Shown: positions 18,240 to 26,727 of the stretch, one piece after another
Layout: every line of letters begins with the position of its first letter
How positions within the stretch are numbered: the stretch's first letter is position 1
Virus record (IMG/VR): IMGVR_UViG_3300020463_001633
Span: 1-31,753 of that record
Strand: one strand, 5' to 3'
DNA from: a virus
Taxonomy: Duplodnaviria > Caudoviricetes
Length of the DNA stretch: 31,753 bases
Position numbers and translations under genes: made by a program
The notes under the pieces: model-generated
What the model was told of the DNA's origin: nothing
Database searches by the model: none
The model's input: only the letters and a program-made list of their open reading frames with translations

Positions 18240-18412
18240 TGATTACCTACGAAGGAATGAATGGATTGGAAGTTTTATACACAATCCTATTTGTTGAATG
18301 GGACAAAGGACTTTGGGGAATCATAGTACTTGGTTTAATCTTTGCATTAGTATCATTAATCACAGACAACAACTTCCAAAAATATATCAAGCACTTCAAT
18401 CAAGACCTTTGA
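18239..18412 (+). CDS. small membrane protein
   Basis: TAATG-coupled to nrdB. One TM segment GLWGIIVLGLIFALVSLI. Confidence 0.6.
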   Translation: MITYEGMNGLEVLYTILFVEWDKGLWGIIVLGLIFALVSLITDNNFQKYIKHFNQDL

Positions 18413-18441
18413 TTGACTTTTAATCCTAAAGAAGTTAAAAT
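18413..18441 (+). promoter_or_regulatory. sigma70-type promoter (leaderless)
   Basis: TTGACT-N17-TAAAAT, ATG at 18447. Confidence 0.7.
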
Positions 18442-18446
18442 AAGTT

Positions 18447-18857
18447 ATGCCCAAATATAATTTGATATGTAAAAACGATCATGAATTCGAAGGCTGGTTT
18501 GACAGCGAAAAATCATATCTAAATCAAAAGAAAAAAAGATTAGTGGCTTGTCCTATCTGTGACAACATATCAATAAGGAGAGCAATAATGGCTCCTAATG
18601 TCAGCAGTAAAACCAAAGCCAAAGGTAAAAAAAGTAATCAAGCATTCTTCAATAGTAGGTCAGCATTTAAACATTTAAAAACGTGGGTTGAAAAAAACTG
18701 TGAAAACGTTGGAGATAACTTTGCCCAGGAGGCTCGTAAAGCGTCTTTGGGAGAACGTGATGACCATATATACGGTAAAGCAACCGACAAAGAAATAAAA
18801 GAACTACATAACGAAGGAATAGGAGCAATAGAGTTACCAGATGTCAAAGATCACTAA
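18447..18857 (+). CDS. DUF1178 family zinc-ribbon protein
   Basis: Y.L.C..DHEFEGWF, CPIC, MAPNV, ENVGDNFA.EARK and IYG motifs. Confidence 0.85.
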   Translation: MPKYNLICKNDHEFEGWFDSEKSYLNQKKKRLVACPICDNISIRRAIMAPNVSSKTKAKGKKSNQAFFNSRSAFKHLKTWVEKNCENVGDNFAQEARKASLGERDDHIYGKATDKEIKELHNEGIGAIELPDVKDH

Positions 18858-19092
18858 AGCAGTTGTTTGGAGCAACGTTGGATGTTCATACTGTGAACAA
18901 GCCAAAAACTTACTCAAATCAAAAAATATTGAGTATGAAGAAAGAAATATTGCACATGGAACTTGGACTATACAACAGTTACAAGAAGCAGTACCAGGTG
19001 TAAGAACAGTCCCACAAATATTTGTAGATGATGCATATGTTGGTGGATATCAAGAATTAAAAACACTTCTAGAAAAGGAATCAAATGAATGA
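18841..19092 (+). CDS. glutaredoxin
   Basis: CSYC, RTVPQIF, VGGY. Confidence 0.92.
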   Translation: MSKITKAVVWSNVGCSYCEQAKNLLKSKNIEYEERNIAHGTWTIQQLQEAVPGVRTVPQIFVDDAYVGGYQELKTLLEKESNE

Positions 19093-19366
19093 TATTAATG
19101 CAAATGATACCGTATCAATCAAGTTAATGAGCGGAGAAGAAATTGTTGCAAGATTTATTGAACATGATAATGATTACATTACAATTCAAAGACCTATGGC
19201 AATAGTCAACCTACCAAGTGGAGTTGGTTTAGGACCATTCATGTTTACTGTGCCACAACATGGCGAATACAAAATAATAAAGAATAATGTTGTGACCTGG
19301 GCAAAGACAGAAATAAACATGGCTAAGAAATATGGTGAAGGAACAACAGGTTTAAAATTATCTTAA
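19085..19366 (+). CDS. conserved T4-like phage protein, possible Sm-like fold
   Basis: IKLMSGEEIVA motif. Confidence 0.6.
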   Translation: MNDINANDTVSIKLMSGEEIVARFIEHDNDYITIQRPMAIVNLPSGVGLGPFMFTVPQHGEYKIIKNNVVTWAKTEINMAKKYGEGTTGLKLS

Positions 19367-19962
19367 TGTCTAAAATAATAGGTGTAGATGTTGATGGAGT
19401 ATTACTCAAATGGGAAGAAGCATTTGATAACTTCATGGCTGGGCAAGGTTTAACAAAGAAAGATCAAGGTCATTTTGATCTACGTAAACACTATCCAGAA
19501 GTACCAGCAGACGCATTAAACACATATATTTCTGTGTTCAACGAAAGTGCCTATATGAGATATTTAGAGCCTATGGATGGTGCTGTAGAGTATGTCAAAA
19601 AGTTAGCAGATGAAGGTTACAGGTTTTCAGTGATCACATCACAAACTTTAGACAAAGTGGCAAACAGAGCAAGGGAAGATAATCTTAAGGAAGTTTTTGG
19701 TGATGTATTCGAAAACTTCACATTTTTGGAAACAGGTCAAGGCAAATATTTTGCTCTCCAAAAATTTGATATAGGAACAATTTGGATAGATGACAAACCC
19801 GACAATGTTGAATCTGGCAAGGTTTTGGGTTTGGTACCAATAATACTTGACCTACCACACAATAGAAGTTATAATAATAAACAAATGAACATCCAACGAG
19901 CAAACAGTTGGAAAGACATTTATGATATCATAAAGGAGAAACACAATGTCACAAACACATGA
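19366..19962 (+). CDS. HAD-family 5'(3')-deoxyribonucleotidase-like hydrolase
   Basis: DVDGVL, VITS, K, WIDDKPDN and HNR. Confidence 0.8.
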   Translation: MSKIIGVDVDGVLLKWEEAFDNFMAGQGLTKKDQGHFDLRKHYPEVPADALNTYISVFNESAYMRYLEPMDGAVEYVKKLADEGYRFSVITSQTLDKVANRAREDNLKEVFGDVFENFTFLETGQGKYFALQKFDIGTIWIDDKPDNVESGKVLGLVPIILDLPHNRSYNNKQMNIQRANSWKDIYDIIKEKHNVTNT

Positions 19963-20125
19963 CGAAATAAAAACAGCCTTTGAAAGTTATATCGCTGAAT
20001 CAGAAGCCTTTGAAACAAAAGGTGTAAAAGCGGCGGCGGCGAGAGCAAGAAAGGCTCTTGGCTTACTAGGTAAGGCTACGAAGTTAAGAAGAAAAGAAAT
20101 ACAAGAGAAGAAAAACTCTATGTAA
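19946..20125 (+). CDS. 59-aa basic histone-H1-like (Hc1-type) protein, absent from ORF track
   Basis: AAGGAG SD. MSQTHDEIKTAFESYIAESEAFETKGVKAAAARARKALGLLGKATKLRRKEIQEKKNSM. Confidence 0.7.
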   Translation: MSQTHDEIKTAFESYIAESEAFETKGVKAAAARARKALGLLGKATKLRRKEIQEKKNSM

Positions 20126-20132
20126 TCATTCC

Positions 20133-20173
20133 GAATGGTTGCTTGATTTTAACAGTCAAGCAACCGTTCTTTT
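20133..20173 (+). terminator. intrinsic terminator
   Basis: GAATGGTTGCTTGA...TCAAGCAACCGTTC-TTTT. Confidence 0.7.
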
Positions 20174-20217
20174 CACGATTTGTATAAATATTATCCTAAG
20201 GAAACAAAAGAAAACAT

Positions 20218-20424
20218 ATGGCAACAGGTAAAGTTAAATGGTTCAATTCTGCTAAAGGTTTTGGATTTATAACACCAGACATAGAGGGCAAGGACGTCTT
20301 TCTTCATATATCAACACTTAAAGCGGCAAACCTTAAAGAGGTTATTGACGGTGAAGTGATTGAGTACGAACTTAAAGAGTTCAGAGGAAGAGAAGTTGCT
20401 ACCGATATCAAAGTTCACAGATAA
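20218..20424 (+). CDS. cspA: cold-shock protein
   Basis: GKVKWFN..KGFGFI..DVFLHIS. TATAAATA upstream. Confidence 0.93.
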   Translation: MATGKVKWFNSAKGFGFITPDIEGKDVFLHISTLKAANLKEVIDGEVIEYELKEFRGREVATDIKVHR

Positions 20425-20465
20425 TCTCCATTGACAGCAAACTGATAATATGCTATGTTTATAAC

Positions 20466-20663
20466 ATGGCAATTAAAGTTAAAAAAGACAAAATGGTTAT
20501 CACAGACTTCCATCACTATTGGAAAAGTAAAACTGACAAAGGTCATGAGTTTACTTTTGCTCATGGTAAGGAGTTCAAAGACGTTAAGACATTTACCATA
20601 ACCGTTGAACACAACGACAAAGTTAGAAGCAAAGATGGTAGATGGTCTCCAGTCAAGTCTTGA
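20466..20663 (+). CDS. hypothetical protein
   Basis: Follows TTGACA-N17-TATGTT (20431-20459). Confidence 0.65.
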   Translation: MAIKVKKDKMVITDFHHYWKSKTDKGHEFTFAHGKEFKDVKTFTITVEHNDKVRSKDGRWSPVKS

Positions 20664-20694
20664 CAAACACATAAAAATCTGTTTAAATACACTG

Positions 20695-20996
20695 TAGACG
20701 TTGAAGTGTGAGGAATAAACATTTAGGACGTCGGGGCAGTACCGACCACCTCCACCAAAATCGTTCACGCAAAACATATTTGTTAATATGCTTTACGGGG
20801 GTGATATAGGTTCGACTAGTGTCAAAAGGCGCATGGAGTTTACCAGTAAGATCTCTGTAAAAGGTCATTCTTAGATGCAAACGCATTTAAACCAGAAGTG
20901 ACAGTTCCGATGAGCGTATTCGCTGATCAGGAATTGGTTGCCGCTTAATACCGGCCACTTGGCGGAGAAGACTAGCCGGGCAACAGAAATAGTCAT
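20695..20996 (+). ncRNA. ssrA: circularly permuted two-piece tmRNA, alphaproteobacterial type
   Basis: T-arm GTCGG-GGCAGTA-CCGAC + CACCTCC-A-CCA (ends 20757) precedes 5' GGGGGTG (20797), giving a G3-U70 pair. Tag ORF 20877-20948 ANAFKPEVTVPMSVFADQELVAA*. AACAGAA at 20982. Outer ends approximate. Confidence 0.93.
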
Positions 20997-21025
20997 GTGT
21001 GGGAGTTTCGGCTCCCACACTTTTT
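20997..21025 (+). terminator. intrinsic terminator of ssrA
   Basis: GTGTGGGAG-TTTCGG-CTCCCACAC-TTTTT. Confidence 0.9.
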
Positions 21026-21101
21026 AACACATCTTATAACTTATCATTGCACTAAACTTCACACATTAACAATTTAAATATTAACGTGAAAGGAGTCTAT
21101 T

Positions 21102-21368
21102 ATGCCTAGACCCAAAAGCAAAGTCACACTATTTGCAAAGTGGAAGAAGAAGGCTCCTAAGGTGCCTGATATTACCTGCCCGTTGATAGATGATGTGCTG
21201 TCTAGAATAGATAGACATCAGGATAAGGATAAAGTCATCTCCAAATACCAATGGAATTTAATCCATAAGCGAATGGAACAACTTCGTACTGACAATGAAT
21301 TGTTAAGAGACAGTGGCAGATATTGGTACGATATCTGTAAGAACAACTTTAAAATTATAAAAAGGTAA
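21102..21368 (+). CDS. hypothetical protein
   Basis: AAGGAG SD, 88 aa. Confidence 0.7.
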   Translation: MPRPKSKVTLFAKWKKKAPKVPDITCPLIDDVLSRIDRHQDKDKVISKYQWNLIHKRMEQLRTDNELLRDSGRYWYDICKNNFKIIKR

Positions 21369-21376
21369 ATTAGTAT

Positions 21377-21583
21377 ATGTGGAAAGTTATTATAATGATA
21401 TGCACACTTGGAAATCCATGTGTTTTAATGGAAGAAGATCCAGTTAAATTTTACAAAACTAAAAGCGAATGCATGGCAAACGCATCTGTCAAGTACAGTG
21501 AAGTAACCACATCATTTCAAAATTACGGTTTTCAAATAGAAAGTGCAAATTTTGAGTGTGAACAAGACACGAATAGCATATAA
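21377..21583 (+). CDS. small Cys-containing hypothetical protein
   Basis: Same Cys pattern as 1941..2144. Confidence 0.6.
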   Translation: MWKVIIMICTLGNPCVLMEEDPVKFYKTKSECMANASVKYSEVTTSFQNYGFQIESANFECEQDTNSI

Positions 21584-21647
21584 AAGTCAATAAAATAGCG
21601 GCTTTTTACTGCTTGACCCTGTGCTCAAAATAATATATAATAAGTGT

Positions 21648-22334
21648 ATGAATAAGGCACAGTCTAAAACAAAACAGTCTGAAGTTAGAACTACCAGTTC
21701 TAAAGTCAAATCATTTCTTACAAAACTGTTGTTAGTTTCTTTTATATTAGGACTAGCATATGGCTTTGGAACATTCAAACCTAATCCCTACGTTGTAAAG
21801 AAAATTCAAAAAGAAGAAGATTTGAAGATGGTTCAATTAGCAAAAGAATTTGGCTTACATGAACCTGATTACACATACAAAAACAATGCAGAATTTGTCC
21901 TAGCAACAAACAAATGTATAGACTATCTAAATTGGACTACTGCTTCTGATCAAAGAATTCCAAGAGATATACTGGTTGCAATGGCTGTGGTTGAATCCGC
22001 TTATGGTACAAGCAGATTTGCAACAGAAGGTAATGCATTATTTGGTGTAAGAACTTGGGACAATAAAGTACCACAAATGAAACCTTTAGGAATACCTAAT
22101 GCAAAATTTGGTGTAAAGAAATACAAAACAAAATGTCAAAGTGTAGCAGATGTTATTGACATATTGAATAGACATCCTGCTTATGAAGGATTCAGAGTTG
22201 AAAGAACAAAACAATTAAATTCAGGTGATATTAACTATACAAAATTAGTGAATGGACTTAAGGCTTGGAGCACAAACGACCAATACTCCATTATTATTTT
22301 GGATAAAATTAAATCATTAAACGCCAAAAAGTAG
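21648..22334 (+). CDS. GH73 glucosaminidase (Bax/FlgJ-like) with N-terminal TM helix
   Basis: AMAVVESAYGTSRFATEGNALFG, LNRHPAY..FR and WST..Y. Start moved to 21648, after TTGACC-N17-TATAAT. Confidence 0.8.
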   Translation: MNKAQSKTKQSEVRTTSSKVKSFLTKLLLVSFILGLAYGFGTFKPNPYVVKKIQKEEDLKMVQLAKEFGLHEPDYTYKNNAEFVLATNKCIDYLNWTTASDQRIPRDILVAMAVVESAYGTSRFATEGNALFGVRTWDNKVPQMKPLGIPNAKFGVKKYKTKCQSVADVIDILNRHPAYEGFRVERTKQLNSGDINYTKLVNGLKAWSTNDQYSIIILDKIKSLNAKK

Positions 22335-22370
22335 TTTGACAATCATAAATTAATCATATAAAATACAAAG

Positions 22371-22745
22371 ATGGGATTTATACAAATACCTTTGAAGAAA
22401 AGAATTAAACGCAAATTGGCTAACACAAAGTCTTTGCGAGAGGCCCAAGCAAAACACAGACAATGGTTGAAGGAGAGAGGTTTGGACAAGTTGAAGCCTA
22501 AGAAAAATACAAGTGAACCTCTTACATTTGAACCTATTGAAGAAAGAACAGGTGTGCCACTAGGCAACAAGATTCCTGTCAGTGGTGGTAAGAAACAAGA
22601 GGCTCTATTTTATTCGGGTAAACGTAAATTAATTGGTATTGCAACAATGCACAAAAGCAATCAAGTTCCTGTGTTTGCTGATGACGATGATGTGTCTGGT
22701 AGAAAAGCGGCAACAGAAATTACATTGATGAAAGGTAACAAATGA
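22371..22745 (+). CDS. conserved T4-like phage hypothetical protein
   Basis: YSG..LIGIATMHKSN.VPV motif. Promoter TTGACA-N17-TAAAAT at 22336-22364. Confidence 0.7.
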   Translation: MGFIQIPLKKRIKRKLANTKSLREAQAKHRQWLKERGLDKLKPKKNTSEPLTFEPIEERTGVPLGNKIPVSGGKKQEALFYSGKRKLIGIATMHKSNQVPVFADDDDVSGRKAATEITLMKGNK

Positions 22746-22927
22746 ACCTACTTAGATTTGCAATACTTGTAATAGCATTCACAATAATATTATTAAGTTA
22801 TATTGTGTATCAACAACAAATTATGATTAACGAATTGTTTGGAGATATGACAGACTTAATGGAGATAATGATACTATGGTTAGAACAACAAGGAATAGTT
22901 CCTGACACCCAAGGGACAGAGATATAG
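22742..22927 (+). CDS. small membrane protein
   Basis: N-terminal TM helix. Confidence 0.6.
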   Translation: MNLLRFAILVIAFTIILLSYIVYQQQIMINELFGDMTDLMEIMILWLEQQGIVPDTQGTEI

Positions 22928-22928
22928 C

Positions 22929-23078
22929 ATGGATTTAGAACACGGATTACTTTTATTTTTTATTGGAATACCTTTTTCAGTATTAGTGCTATGGGGATTG
23001 ATACATTTTATAGACGCAACAGAAAGACAAAACAAAGAAGATGAAGATGAAACTACCAACGATATCTATAAACTTTGA
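22929..23078 (+). CDS. 49-aa membrane protein, absent from ORF track
   Basis: MDLEHGLLLFFIGIPFSVLVLWGLIHF... fills the gap between neighbours. Confidence 0.55.
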   Translation: MDLEHGLLLFFIGIPFSVLVLWGLIHFIDATERQNKEDEDETTNDIYKL

Positions 23079-23553
23079 TTGGCTTAAGAAAACAAAGTTA
23101 GTAGAACTGAAAGACATAGACATAAGTTCTGATCCTGTAAGACCAGATCTACCTGTGTCATGGAGAACAAATCATGGTAGAAAGATGTTTGGTTTATATC
23201 ATGGAAAGGATTTAATGGCTGTGATGTGTTTCGCATACACCAACGACGTACCAAAAACTTTGTATGAATTGGACAAGTTGAGTGAAGTTGCACATTTAGA
23301 AAGTATCCATAGAGTAGGACAACAAGGTAAGATAGCAATAGCCTACACAGTTTGGAGTCTTAAAAAGGGTGGAGGGAGAATGATTGTGAACGAAGTACAC
23401 AAAATGATTAAAGAATCCAACCATTTAAATAGGTTGGTCACACTGTCTCCATTGACAGCAATGGCTGAAAAGTTCCATTTACGAAACGGAGCCAAACTAT
23501 TGCAGAAGAATTTGTGGAGTCAAAACTTCGAATATTCATTCGACGACAAATAA
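23041..23553 (+). CDS. GNAT-fold protein resembling the malonyl-CoA decarboxylase catalytic domain
   Basis: AIAYTVWS..KGGG, LVTLSP and KFHLRNGA. Confidence 0.55.
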   Translation: MKMKLPTISINFDWLKKTKLVELKDIDISSDPVRPDLPVSWRTNHGRKMFGLYHGKDLMAVMCFAYTNDVPKTLYELDKLSEVAHLESIHRVGQQGKIAIAYTVWSLKKGGGRMIVNEVHKMIKESNHLNRLVTLSPLTAMAEKFHLRNGAKLLQKNLWSQNFEYSFDDK

Positions 23554-23574
23554 TTTTGGTAATATTACCAAAAT
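23553..23574. repeat. perfect 22-bp palindrome
   Basis: ATTTTGGTAATATTACCAAAAT. Confidence 0.9.
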
Positions 23575-23612
23575 AGTTCAGCAAACACGCCAAAAATAAA
23601 GTACCAAAACAC

Positions 23613-23641
23613 TTGACTATTCTTCCAAAATCCTATATACT
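23613..23641 (+). promoter_or_regulatory. sigma70-type promoter
   Basis: TTGACT-N17-TATACT, then GAGGAGG SD. Confidence 0.75.
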
Positions 23642-23664
23642 ATACACTTAAACAGAGGAGGCTT

Positions 23665-24255
23665 ATGAAAAGGCACTTACAAATAATAATGGTATTAGCG
23701 ATGGCATTCGTTTTATCTGCTTGTTCAGGTAGAATGGTAAACTTGCCAGTCGAAAATACTAAGGCAAAGAAAGTACCTGCTTGGTATCTTGACCATGAAG
23801 ACACTGGTAAAGAGGGTTGGGTATTAAGAAAAGGATATTACTATGCGGTAGCAGTAGCAGTATCTCCTGATATGGAAATGTCTATGAAGAAGGCAGTTCT
23901 AAAGGCAAAGGCAAAAATCACTGACAGAATTAATGGTGAGATGAACAATCAAACATCTATCATTTATACTGAAAAAGGTGCGCCTGAGTCTATGACAGGT
24001 ATGGTTGAGTCGAAAGACACCATTGTGAACATGATTAAACAGACAGTTCTTAGAACTTATTCTGTGGACAGAAAGTTGACAATGTTTAATACAAGCAAAA
24101 ACAACTACAGGTCTTTTGTATTAGTAAAAATATCTAAAAAAGATGTTGAGGCTATTGTGAAATTAGTAGAAGCAAAGAATTCTATTAAGTTATCTAGTAA
24201 AGTTAAGAGCACAATAGATAAAACTTCTGCAAAAGTACTTAAACAATCTGAGTAA
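23665..24255 (+). CDS. lipoprotein (LPP20-like)
   Basis: Lipobox LSAC, VPAWY, A.S.D..M...KA...AKA.I. Confidence 0.7.
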   Translation: MKRHLQIIMVLAMAFVLSACSGRMVNLPVENTKAKKVPAWYLDHEDTGKEGWVLRKGYYYAVAVAVSPDMEMSMKKAVLKAKAKITDRINGEMNNQTSIIYTEKGAPESMTGMVESKDTIVNMIKQTVLRTYSVDRKLTMFNTSKNNYRSFVLVKISKKDVEAIVKLVEAKNSIKLSSKVKSTIDKTSAKVLKQSE

Positions 24256-24264
24256 GGATAGATT

Positions 24265-24606
24265 ATGCTAAAACGAATCATATTTCTATCACTACTCACG
24301 GTTGGGATGGTTCTTGCATATCAATCTGTTGCAAGTGCAGGTGGTCCATGGAGCGACCAGTATTGTAATGCACAGATAGAAACAGTCATTGTGAAAAATA
24401 CCAAAGGCGAAATAGTTGATAAACAGACTGTGGAAACTATGGTGTGTGATGATGGTGCAAAGGATTTTCTAGCATATAGTGGTATAGCAAAAGAATGTAA
24501 AGAGTATTGGTTCGATATGTATATCGCAAACGAATGGATAAGGAAAAAAGGATATGTCTGTCAAAAATTTGATGGCTCTTGGGAAATGGTTAATCCTAGG
24601 CAGTAG
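24265..24606 (+). CDS. secreted Cys-containing protein
   Basis: Signal peptide ending ASA, 4 Cys, VCQKFDGSWE. Confidence 0.65.
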   Translation: MLKRIIFLSLLTVGMVLAYQSVASAGGPWSDQYCNAQIETVIVKNTKGEIVDKQTVETMVCDDGAKDFLAYSGIAKECKEYWFDMYIANEWIRKKGYVCQKFDGSWEMVNPRQ

Positions 24607-25009
24607 TTTATTATTAACAGCCTGTGGTACTACTAACCTAGAAAAGACAAAGAGTCTATCTAGTCAGAAGAGTGTAAGTCACAATTATACACACGCAGGA
24701 ACAGGTGTAGAAGTGTGGTATAACTTTGTAAGAAACAATCTTAGCAAGTTGAGTAAAGAAGATAGAGCAAAGCAAGACAAAGCAGTATTCTTTGCACTAG
24801 ATAACTTGGAAGAAGGCAAAGTGGTTAGTTGGCACAATATGAACGATGATACACATGGATTCGTTAAAGTTGTAGCAAGTTATCCGCATGGCAGTGGTTA
24901 TTGCAGAGTTGTGTTTACACAAATTAAAAAGAAGAGTAAAACTAGGGACTTTAAAGAGACAGCCTGTAAAGATGTTGCTTATCAAGGCTGGCAATTTATA
25001 AGGGATTAA
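24554..25009 (+). CDS. lipoprotein with 17-kDa surface antigen (RT0821/Lpp0805-like) domain
   Basis: Lipobox LTAC, ALD...G..VSW.N, G.V, YCR and TAC...W. Confidence 0.7.
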   Translation: MSVKNLMALGKWLILGSSLLLTACGTTNLEKTKSLSSQKSVSHNYTHAGTGVEVWYNFVRNNLSKLSKEDRAKQDKAVFFALDNLEEGKVVSWHNMNDDTHGFVKVVASYPHGSGYCRVVFTQIKKKSKTRDFKETACKDVAYQGWQFIRD

Positions 25010-25042
25010 CCGATAAATATATAAACTTTAAGAGGAGTTTAT

Positions 25043-26635
25043 ATGTTATTTGGTTTATTAACCTTTTTAATTGCGATAACCATATCAAGTGTAGCAATCT
25101 ATTACTCAGTAGCAGGACTTGTGGCAATCTTTGCCGCGGCGGCTGTGCCTATAATCATAATGGGTACTGCCTTAGAAGTTGGAAAACTTGTTGCCGCAGT
25201 ATGGCTCCATAGGTATTGGAACAGAGCCGCCTGGTGGTTAAAAACATATCTATCCATTGCAGTGGTTGTATTGATGATTATAACATCAATGGGTATATTC
25301 GGATTCCTTTCAAAAGCACACGTAGAACAAAATTTAGCCAGCGACACAGTCACATCAAGAATAGAAATATTAGAAGGCAAAATACTTGCTGAAGAAAAGT
25401 ATATTGAAAGACAGAATCAAGTTTTAGAAAGAATTCAAAACAAAGATAGCAGTGGCGTAGACAGATTTAATCAAGACATAGCCATAGAGCAAAAGAAGAT
25501 TGATGACGCATATGCTAGAATAGAAGTGTTAGATGCTGACGTAGAAGCATTCACATCACGTAATAAAGGATTTGGTGGTACTGGTAGAGTAAAACAAGGA
25601 TTAGAATTAAGAGAAAAACAAGGACCAGAACGTGAAGCACTTATGCTTAAAATTGAAAAAGCATCACAAAAGATAGATGAATTAAGATCAAAGAACGATG
25701 CATCATTAGATGGCATTGAGGTACAGGTACAAGTAGCAGAAAAAAATATATTTGATGCAACAGGTAGAATTGATGGACATCTAGTTGCCATTGAGCCTTT
25801 AAAAAGTCAAGTGATGAAGTTGGAGTCTGAAGTAGGGCCTATTAGATATATTGCTGAATTTGTGTATGGAGAAGAAGCAAACAGGAACTTATTGGAAGAA
25901 GCAGTTAGATGGGTTATTATTACTATCATATTTGTGTTTGATCCACTTGCAGTATTATTGTTGATTGCTTCACAGTATACATTCCGTTGGAGATACATTG
26001 ACGCAGGTGGCACAATAACTCCACCTAGCAAACCAACTCCACCCAGCAAACCAACTCCACCTAGCACACCTAAAGAACCAAGTGGTGGTCAAAGTTTAAA
26101 AAAGATAGTTGAAAAACAAAAAGAGGTTACAAGTAAACCAATTAGTTTATCAAAGATATCTAATGCAAAACCTATAGTGCCTAAAGCACCAGCAGAAAAA
26201 ACTTTGCATGAAGAATTAATGGAGGGTTTCGAGAAAGAACAAAAAGAACGCGAAGCAGAAGAACAATTAGAAAGATTCAAGCAAAGAGAAAAAGAAGAAC
26301 AAGAAGCATTAGAAGAAGTTGCTCGTAAAGCCAAAGAAGAAGATAAAGTTGATTACGATAAGGTAGAAGAGCAAATTAAAACCACTTTAGAAAATATTGA
26401 ACCAGAAGAAAAATTAGAAACACACCGTATTACCAAGCCTGGTTATGCGGCGGCATGGAAAGAGACTGTAAAAGAAGAAGATCCACCAATGCCATTAGAG
26501 CAATGGAATAAGATGATTGAAGAAGCAGAAAAAGAAGTTGCTAAAGAGGATCCAAAAAAAAAGACTTCAAACTACATAATGAGAGCAGAGACAGGCGACA
26601 AGCAAGTGAAGATCAAGGACAGAGTGGAAGAATAA
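25043..26635 (+). CDS. membrane protein with long coiled coil and acidic tail
   Basis: Three N-terminal TM helices (ALEVGKL, GIFGFLSKAH), EVGPIRYIA and IIFVFDPLAV. Confidence 0.8.
   Translation: MLFGLLTFLIAITISSVAIYYSVAGLVAIFAAAAVPIIIMGTALEVGKLVAAVWLHRYWNRAAWWLKTYLSIAVVVLMIITSMGIFGFLSKAHVEQNLASDTVTSRIEILEGKILAEEKYIERQNQVLERIQNKDSSGVDRFNQDIAIEQKKIDDAYARIEVLDADVEAFTSRNKGFGGTGRVKQGLELREKQGPEREALMLKIEKASQKIDELRSKNDASLDGIEVQVQVAEKNIFDATGRIDGHLVAIEPLKSQVMKLESEVGPIRYIAEFVYGEEANRNLLEEAVRWVIITIIFVFDPLAVLLLIASQYTFRWRYIDAGGTITPPSKPTPPSKPTPPSTPKEPSGGQSLKKIVEKQKEVTSKPISLSKISNAKPIVPKAPAEKTLHEELMEGFEKEQKEREAEEQLERFKQREKEEQEALEEVARKAKEEDKVDYDKVEEQIKTTLENIEPEEKLETHRITKPGYAAAWKETVKEEDPPMPLEQWNKMIEEAEKEVAKEDPKKKTSNYIMRAETGDKQVKIKDRVEE
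26018..26071 (+). repeat. 18-bp in-frame tandem repeat x3 (TPPSKP)
   Basis: ACTCCACC(T/C)AGCAAACCA repeated. Confidence 0.85.
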
Positions 26636-26727
26636 AACCAAATCTGACTCAAGTAGTATATCCAGAATCATACGTTCAAAACGAAGAACAATCTAACAAA
26701 TCACATTGGAAAAAACTGTACGAGTAA
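26557..26727 (+). other. candidate -1 frameshift site and alternative C-terminus
   Basis: A AAA AAG at 26557-26563. The -1 frame is open for 55 codons to TAATAG. Confidence 0.55.

Noticed and set aside
20730-20757. tRNA-Ala gene
   Set aside because: Only the T-arm and acceptor 3' half are present. The 5' half lies downstream and there is no anticodon arm, so this is the permuted tmRNA.
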